DNA of 47,524 bases. It comes from an uncultured Candidatus Saccharibacteria bacterium. Lineage in GTDB: Bacteria > Patescibacteriota > Minisyncoccia > Minisyncoccales > CAZJYT01. Positions within the stretch are counted from its first letter, which is position 1; each line of letters opens with the position of its first letter. The DNA lies in assembly GCA_964550325.1 (NCBI GenBank), contig CAZJYT010000001.1, forward strand, positions 1 to 47,524, given 5' to 3'. Position numbers and translations under genes: made by a program. The notes beneath the pieces were generated by a model. The model worked only from the letters and a program-made list of their open reading frames with translations. It did no database searches and was not told the origin of the DNA. Of the stretch, positions 43,042 through 47,524 are shown in pieces.

Positions 43042-43594
43042 ATCCTAATCTCTTTCTTAATTGAGTTATTTCTTCCTCTCTTAAAATCACTTCTCTCTGA
43101 TAGTAGTGAAAGAGTTCTGCAAAACTCCTCTCTTTTCCTTCAAAATAACCCCAAACTCTATAGAGAGCCTTTGTAAAAGCAGAAATAACATCAGAACCTT
43201 CCCAATTTTCTCCAAGACACAAAAGAACTACCAAAGCCCAACTTTTTACATTCTCTAAAAAGTATCTATCTTCCTTTGAAAAACTCGCCTTTTTTCTCCA
43301 ATTTCTAATTTTTAACTCTGAAGAGATTATCCTTGAAACAATTGAAGCAAATTTGGAGTTTGTCAAAGAAAAACTCTTTCCAATACAAGCAACTCCTTGT
43401 TTTTCTTGAACTCTTACATTCACCTTAAGAGCAAGTCCAGAAGATAGAGACGTAGCCTCTTTATTTATTTCTTCTACTCCTTTTTTAACATCTGAAGTCT
43501 TAAAAGGTAAAACCTCAAATCTTACTCCTAAATCTCTGGCAAAACTCTGAAAGAGAAAATCATTATCTGTTAGAAGAAAGATTCTCTCATTCAT
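43031..43594 (-). CDS. hypothetical protein (187 aa)
   Basis: ORF whose 3' end overlaps the convergent + ORF by 11 nt. No motif. Confidence 0.5.
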   Translation of the reverse strand: MNERIFLLTDNDFLFQSFARDLGVRFEVLPFKTSDVKKGVEEINKEATSLSSGLALKVNVRVQEKQGVACIGKSFSLTNSKFASIVSRIISSELKIRNWRKKASFSKEDRYFLENVKSWALVVLLCLGENWEGSDVISAFTKALYRVWGYFEGKERSFAELFHYYQREVILREEEITQLRKRLGFSS

Positions 43595-44666
43595 AAATTA
43601 TCTTTTTCCATTTAGGAAGGATTAAGTTCCAATCATAGTTCTTTGCTATTTCTTTTGCCTCTTTTGAAACTTCTTGGTAAAGTTTACCATCTTTATAAAG
43701 TCTTAAAATCTTCTCTTTTGCTTCTCTCTTATCAGCCAGAGCCCATTTAACTGGAAACCTTGTATTAAGGGTATAAAAGAAATCCTTTACAGAGACTCTA
43801 CAGAATTCAGGAACCAATTCGGGCATAGCAGAGTAATTAGTAACCAGTGTAGGAATTCCTATTGCTTCTGCTTCAATAATAGGGATTCCAAATCCTTCAG
43901 CACAGGATAAAAGAAGATTTATCTTTAATTGAGAATAGAATTCTAAAAGTTCTCTTTCTGAAAGAGGATAGCAATAGGTATTTCTATCAGGAAAAACAAC
44001 CTTATCATCAATCTTCAAATTCCTTGTTATTTCTATTAAGTCAAAGGCAATTCCATTTATAGGATGAGGATCAGTTAGAAGAAGAAAGTATTTGTCTATT
44101 TCCTTTGAAACTTCTTTAAAAACTTCAAGGTGCAAAGGAATGTTCTTTCTTCCATAGCGGTTTAGTCCTACAAAACCAACATTGTCTCCTTTCCTTTTTA
44201 CTTGAGAGAATTTCTCAAAATCAACTCCATGAGGGATATATACAGAATCAAAGCCATTTTCTTTTAAAAGAGATTGAGCAAATTTGGAAAAGACAATTAT
44301 TCTTTCTGTCTTATAGAGTTGTTGTTTGTAAAAAGAGATCAAGGGTTCTGAATCAAGAGTAAGATAGGGAATGTATTTAAATCCTCTCTCTTGAATCTCA
44401 AAGAAAGCAGGGAAAGCCCAAGGGTCAAAGAGACTAAAAACCAAATCAGGTTTTATTCTCTCAAGAACATAAAAGAGAATTTCTTCATTGGTTATTGGAT
44501 ACCATTTTACTCCTTTGGCCTTAAAAGGCCTTCCAGTGTAATAGAGTGCTCCTCCTGTAAGTTCAGAGTATTGGGAAAGGTAAGAAGTGATTTTTTCTGA
44601 AACCTTGGAATACCCTGTTTTCTTATGAGGAGGAACACTTATCCAGAGTATTTTTGGTTTTCTCAT
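43587..44666 (-). CDS. glycosyltransferase family 4-like
   Basis: 359 aa. SCAEGFGIPIIEAEAIGIPTLVTNYSAMPELV is the classical GT1/GT4 E-x7-E donor-binding motif. Confidence 0.8.
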   Translation of the reverse strand: MRKPKILWISVPPHKKTGYSKVSEKITSYLSQYSELTGGALYYTGRPFKAKGVKWYPITNEEILFYVLERIKPDLVFSLFDPWAFPAFFEIQERGFKYIPYLTLDSEPLISFYKQQLYKTERIIVFSKFAQSLLKENGFDSVYIPHGVDFEKFSQVKRKGDNVGFVGLNRYGRKNIPLHLEVFKEVSKEIDKYFLLLTDPHPINGIAFDLIEITRNLKIDDKVVFPDRNTYCYPLSERELLEFYSQLKINLLLSCAEGFGIPIIEAEAIGIPTLVTNYSAMPELVPEFCRVSVKDFFYTLNTRFPVKWALADKREAKEKILRLYKDGKLYQEVSKEAKEIAKNYDWNLILPKWKKIIYE

Positions 44667-44986
44667 CTTTTTTTCACTCTGCCTTTGTAATACTTATACC
44701 ATTTCTTTATTAAAGGCCAGGCTTTTTTAAAAACCTTCTTAAAGATTGGAGTTGTTTTCTTAGAATGCTTTATATCATAACCCAAGGCTAATAGCAAACC
44801 TCTTACCTTGGCATATCTTTTGATACAATCCTCAAGGGTTATTCTTTTACCTGTTTTTCTATCTCTTAAGACCTTTCCCTTGCTAATAGAAGAAGCCCAG
44901 GCAATAAAGATACGAGCATCATCAAAGAGTTGTTTTATTCTTTTTTTAGAGAAATACTGAAGTTTAACAAGTTTTCTAAAAGGCAT
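44663..44986 (-). CDS. hypothetical basic protein (107 aa)
   Basis: ORF with ATGA-type overlap to the GT4 gene. Confidence 0.5.
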   Translation of the reverse strand: MPFRKLVKLQYFSKKRIKQLFDDARIFIAWASSISKGKVLRDRKTGKRITLEDCIKRYAKVRGLLLALGYDIKHSKKTTPIFKKVFKKAWPLIKKWYKYYKGRVKKR

Positions 44987-45052
44987 AAGGAAAAACTCCT
45001 TTGTCTCTTTAGAAAGGCTAAAAGAAGGCCTAAATTGCTTTTCAAAGATAAT

Positions 45053-46213
45053 TTACTTATTCTCTATTCTCTTAACAGCATCTTCTACTTTCTTAATAGC
45101 GTGCTTTCCTGTTAATGCTCCTAATCCTAAAAGAACCAACTCAACTCCTTGCGATTCATTTCCATTCGCTATCAAAATCAATCCAGTGATAATCATCAGA
45201 ACTCCTACTATGTATGTTTTGTAGCCATCCAAAGGCATATTGTACTTAAGATTCTTAAAACTTTTCGACCTTTTAAGTTTCTCAATTTGCTCTTTAAGTT
45301 TTTTATTTTCTTTCTCTAATTCTTTATCTCTCTTTAAAAGTTCTGCTTTCTCATTACTCATAATAAGAATTTCTTGTTTAAGTTTGTCAAGTTCTTTTAG
45401 ATGTTTCTTTAAAGATTGTATTTCTTCTCTCATTTTCTTGTTTTCGTTTCTTAATTGAGTATTTGTGTTATTAAGATTTTTCACCTTTTCTTCCAGTTCT
45501 TTTTTTTGTCTTTTTAATTGATGTAGTTCAAAACTCAATTCTGAGATTTTTTCTTTCTCTTGGCCTAATTGTCTTTGAAGTCTTGTTTTTTCTTCTCTCA
45601 ATTGCTTTATTAAAGCCTCATTATTTCTTATTTGTTCTTTTAAATCTTTAGTTTCTTTCTCTTTATCTTTATAAGGAATTCCAAAAATATTACAAACTCC
45701 TTTAACAATTCCTTTAGCGATTAAAGAATAGTTTCTGAGTTTCTTTACATCTTCTGGGTTATCAATAAAGCCTGCTTCTAAAAGCAAAGCCCAAGGTCTT
45801 GTGTCTCTTATCCAGCCTAACCTCTTAAATCTTGTAGAGGTATCAGGCTTTACTCCTCTGTTTCTTAATCCTGTAACTCTGCAATATTCAGATAGAAGTT
45901 TACTTGCCAAGTTTTTTGAAGTTACATTTCCTCCATAATAATAGCACTCTGCTCCTGTTCCTCCTCCAGCATTGCAATGAATAGAAAGAGCCAATCCATC
46001 ATTAAGACTTTTTGTTCTTTGATTTACCCACTTAATGGACTGAATAAGATTTAAATTATCAGGAACTACTTGAACCTCAAAGCCATTATTCTGCAATTCA
46101 GGAATTAAAGCATCTCTGATTTTTCTATTGAAATCAGATTCTTTTCCAAATCTTGAAACTGCTCCTGGATCAGTTAGACTATGACCTGCATTTAAATAGA
46201 TAACTTTTTTCAT
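45053..46213 (-). CDS. N-acetylmuramoyl-L-alanine amidase (Amidase_3-like) fused to a long coiled coil and two C-terminal TM helices
   Basis: VIYLNAGHSLTDPGAV ... LALSIHCNAGGGTGAECYYY ... LLLEAGFIDN. aa ~185-320 are heptad-rich. TM helices are TYIVGVLMIITGLILIA and VELVLLGLGALTG (45107-45217). Confidence 0.8.
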   Translation of the reverse strand: MKKVIYLNAGHSLTDPGAVSRFGKESDFNRKIRDALIPELQNNGFEVQVVPDNLNLIQSIKWVNQRTKSLNDGLALSIHCNAGGGTGAECYYYGGNVTSKNLASKLLSEYCRVTGLRNRGVKPDTSTRFKRLGWIRDTRPWALLLEAGFIDNPEDVKKLRNYSLIAKGIVKGVCNIFGIPYKDKEKETKDLKEQIRNNEALIKQLREEKTRLQRQLGQEKEKISELSFELHQLKRQKKELEEKVKNLNNTNTQLRNENKKMREEIQSLKKHLKELDKLKQEILIMSNEKAELLKRDKELEKENKKLKEQIEKLKRSKSFKNLKYNMPLDGYKTYIVGVLMIITGLILIANGNESQGVELVLLGLGALTGKHAIKKVEDAVKRIENK

Positions 46214-46248
46214 AAAGGAAAAAATAAAAGGAGGAGGGAGAAAAGGAT

Positions 46249-46268
46249 ATGTGCAATATGTTGCACAT
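46249..46268 (-). promoter_or_regulatory. conserved stem-loop element, copy 4 (sense orientation on the minus strand)
   Basis: + strand reads ATGTGCAATATGTTGCACAT. Lies 6 nt after stop TAG of ORF 46275-46544 and 36 nt before the amidase ATG. Followed by a pyrimidine-rich leader. Confidence 0.65.
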
Positions 46269-46274
46269 TGCCTC

Positions 46275-46544
46275 CTAATAGAAGTTTTTAAGATACCATC
46301 TCTCTGTTTCTTTGAATTCTTCTATTCTTTCTTTGTAGTATTTGTAGGTTCTTTCTAACTCTGTTAGATCTACTAATGCTCCTCTGGGAACAAGGTTCTT
46401 TGCTGTCCCATACCATTTCTTTAAAAGAAGTAGCGCTTCTTCTTTTGTCCAAATTCCGTTTATGAACTCATAGAAAATCGCTGGAAGGATTTGTTCTCTT
46501 ATAACTTCTATCCTTTTCTCCCATCTCCATTCAATTTTTGTCAT
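46275..46544 (-). CDS. hypothetical protein (89 aa)
   Basis: ORF. W/Y/E/K-rich. No motif. Confidence 0.5.
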   Translation of the reverse strand: MTKIEWRWEKRIEVIREQILPAIFYEFINGIWTKEEALLLLKKWYGTAKNLVPRGALVDLTELERTYKYYKERIEEFKETERWYLKNFY

Positions 46545-46586
46545 TCTTTTATCACCTCCTTATCTATTGTTAGCCACCCCACGACA

Positions 46587-47165
46587 TCAACACCTTCTTC
46601 TTCTATTAGTTCTATCAGTTTCTCTTTTAGTTGTCTTAATGCTTTTCTGTTTCCTTTTATTTTTACGAATATCCGTATGGTTTCTTCTACTTCCATTTCT
46701 CACCTCCTTTTCTTTTTTAAAATAAGGATAAGGGTCTTCTGGATGTCTTCTCTGATACTCGAATGTTCTCGTTCTTGCTATCATTTTTAACATTTCATCC
46801 CAGAATGGTTGCCAGTAAGGGATGCCTGCTCTGGTAAGAACCTTTTGCCTCACTATTCCTAACTCAAAAGAGTCAGGAGCGTATTTGTATTGTTTCTTTG
46901 CTATAACTCCCATATCTGGATGAATGAATTCCTGATGGTGTCTTCTACAAAGACAGATTAGATTCTCGGGTTGATTTACTTTCTCTGGTGTCCAGTTTAG
47001 GTATTCGTATGCCCAGACTACTGGAACGATATGATGAACTTGTAAATGTTTCCTTGCTCTACACTTTCTTCCTGTTTTTGGGTCAATGAACTGGCACTGA
47101 AACTCATCTCTCCTTAAAATCCATTGCCTTTGCTCTATTGTTTCTCTAATATACCTCCTTTTGAT
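46587..47165 (-). CDS. HNH endonuclease, probably initiating at non-canonical AUC
   Basis: The frame is open from 47171. It encodes CQFIDPKTGRKC...LQVHHIVP...ENLICLCRRHHQEFIH upstream of the Met where the ORF track starts (46913). No ATG/GTG/TTG occurs in the first ~85 codons. AGGAGGUGA lies 6 nt before AUC at 47165-47163. Confidence 0.65.
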   Translation of the reverse strand: MKRRYIRETIEQRQWILRRDEFQCQFIDPKTGRKCRARKHLQVHHIVPVVWAYEYLNWTPEKVNQPENLICLCRRHHQEFIHPDMGVIAKKQYKYAPDSFELGIVRQKVLTRAGIPYWQPFWDEMLKMIARTRTFEYQRRHPEDPYPYFKKEKEVRNGSRRNHTDIRKNKRKQKSIKTTKRETDRTNRRRRC

Positions 47166-47195
47166 TTTTCTTCACCTCCTCCTTTTTTTAAAGAA

Positions 47196-47524
47196 CTATT
47201 GGAAGACTAAGTTTAGCAATATTGATACTATTGCTGTCAATGTTGAAAGAAGAATAGCCAAAATGATTTTATTCTGTGTTTCCAATCTTGCCATTCTATC
47301 TATTAAAGACTTTTTTGGTTCTGAATTTCCATATAAAACCTTATGAATTTTTTCTGTTTTGTTATTAATTGATTTCTGAAGGGATCTAATTTTTATAATT
47401 TCTTCTTTTACAGTAACAAAATCCTCTCTCAATCCTTCAATCTGAGTAGGTAAATGATTAAAAACAGCCTTCTGAATCTCTTTCTGGTTTTCTTTTAGTT
47501 CTTGGATTTCTTGTTTAATATCGG
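47196..47524 (-). CDS. coiled-coil protein with C-terminal TM anchor (5' end outside the window); lysis-module candidate
   Basis: The frame stays open upstream of the track's TTG start to the window edge (..DIKQEIQELKENQKEIQKAVFNHLPTQIEG LREDF..). C-terminus IILAILLSTLTAIVSILLNLVFQ. Confidence 0.55.
   Translation of the reverse strand, partial: DIKQEIQELKENQKEIQKAVFNHLPTQIEGLREDFVTVKEEIIKIRSLQKSINNKTEKIHKVLYGNSEPKKSLIDRMARLETQNKIILAILLSTLTAIVSILLNLVFQ

Noticed and set aside
46249-46278. Mini-ORFs (MCNMLH...) starting at the ATG of each stem-loop copy. The one at 46249 has a very strong GGAGGAGGGAG 8 nt upstream on the + strand.
   Set aside because: The ATG is a by-product of the palindrome (ATG...CAT). 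The peptides differ after 6 residues and always lie antisense to local transcription. Probably coincidental, though the strong SD at 46230-46240 is odd.
47163-47198. Stop-codon readthrough or recoding that would fuse the membrane protein ORF (ending TAG 47196) with the HNH ORF through TAG and TGA in the same frame
   Set aside because: Every other gene in the window terminates normally with all three stops. A membrane-anchor/HNH fusion makes little sense. The TGA is part of a perfect SD (GGAGGUGA) that better explains independent initiation.

Overview
AT-rich, almost gap-free coding DNA that reads as most of a tailed dsDNA phage (Caudoviricetes-like) genome. The K/E/I/R-rich proteome hints at a low-GC, possibly thermophilic host (inference only). 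There are four alternating transcription blocks. (i) 26-7954 (+): regulator-like and DNA-metabolism genes (HTH protein, Cys-rich protein, Hjc-like PD-(D/E)XK nuclease, SSB-like protein, Cas4-like nuclease), two glycosyltransferases and a SAM methyltransferase. (ii) 8078-36846 (-): virion block with a beta-helix tailspike-like protein, basic protein, scaffold-like protein, major capsid protein, a 5120-aa giant ORF, a 1077-aa ORF ending in a complete ATP-dependent DNA ligase, an 860-aa LamG-containing protein, and a gene split by a LAGLIDADG intein. (iii) 36903-43041 (+): glycosyltransferase, candidate small terminase, GpA-type large terminase, minimal nucleotidyltransferase, degenerate MBL-fold protein. 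(iv) 43031-47524 (-): GT4 glycosyltransferase, amidase endolysin fused to a coiled coil and TM helices, an HNH endonuclease with no canonical start codon, and a 5'-truncated membrane protein. I recognised no rRNA, tRNA, CRISPR array, integrase, DNA polymerase or tail tube/sheath genes. Non-coding signals: a 20-nt stem-loop present four times, always in the sense orientation of local transcription; an 85-nt repeat family with paired CCAATC boxes at three block boundaries; a canonical terminator after the capsid gene; and three tightly coupled small ORFs below the ORF-track cutoff. All functional calls rest on motif recognition by eye, since no searches could be run.
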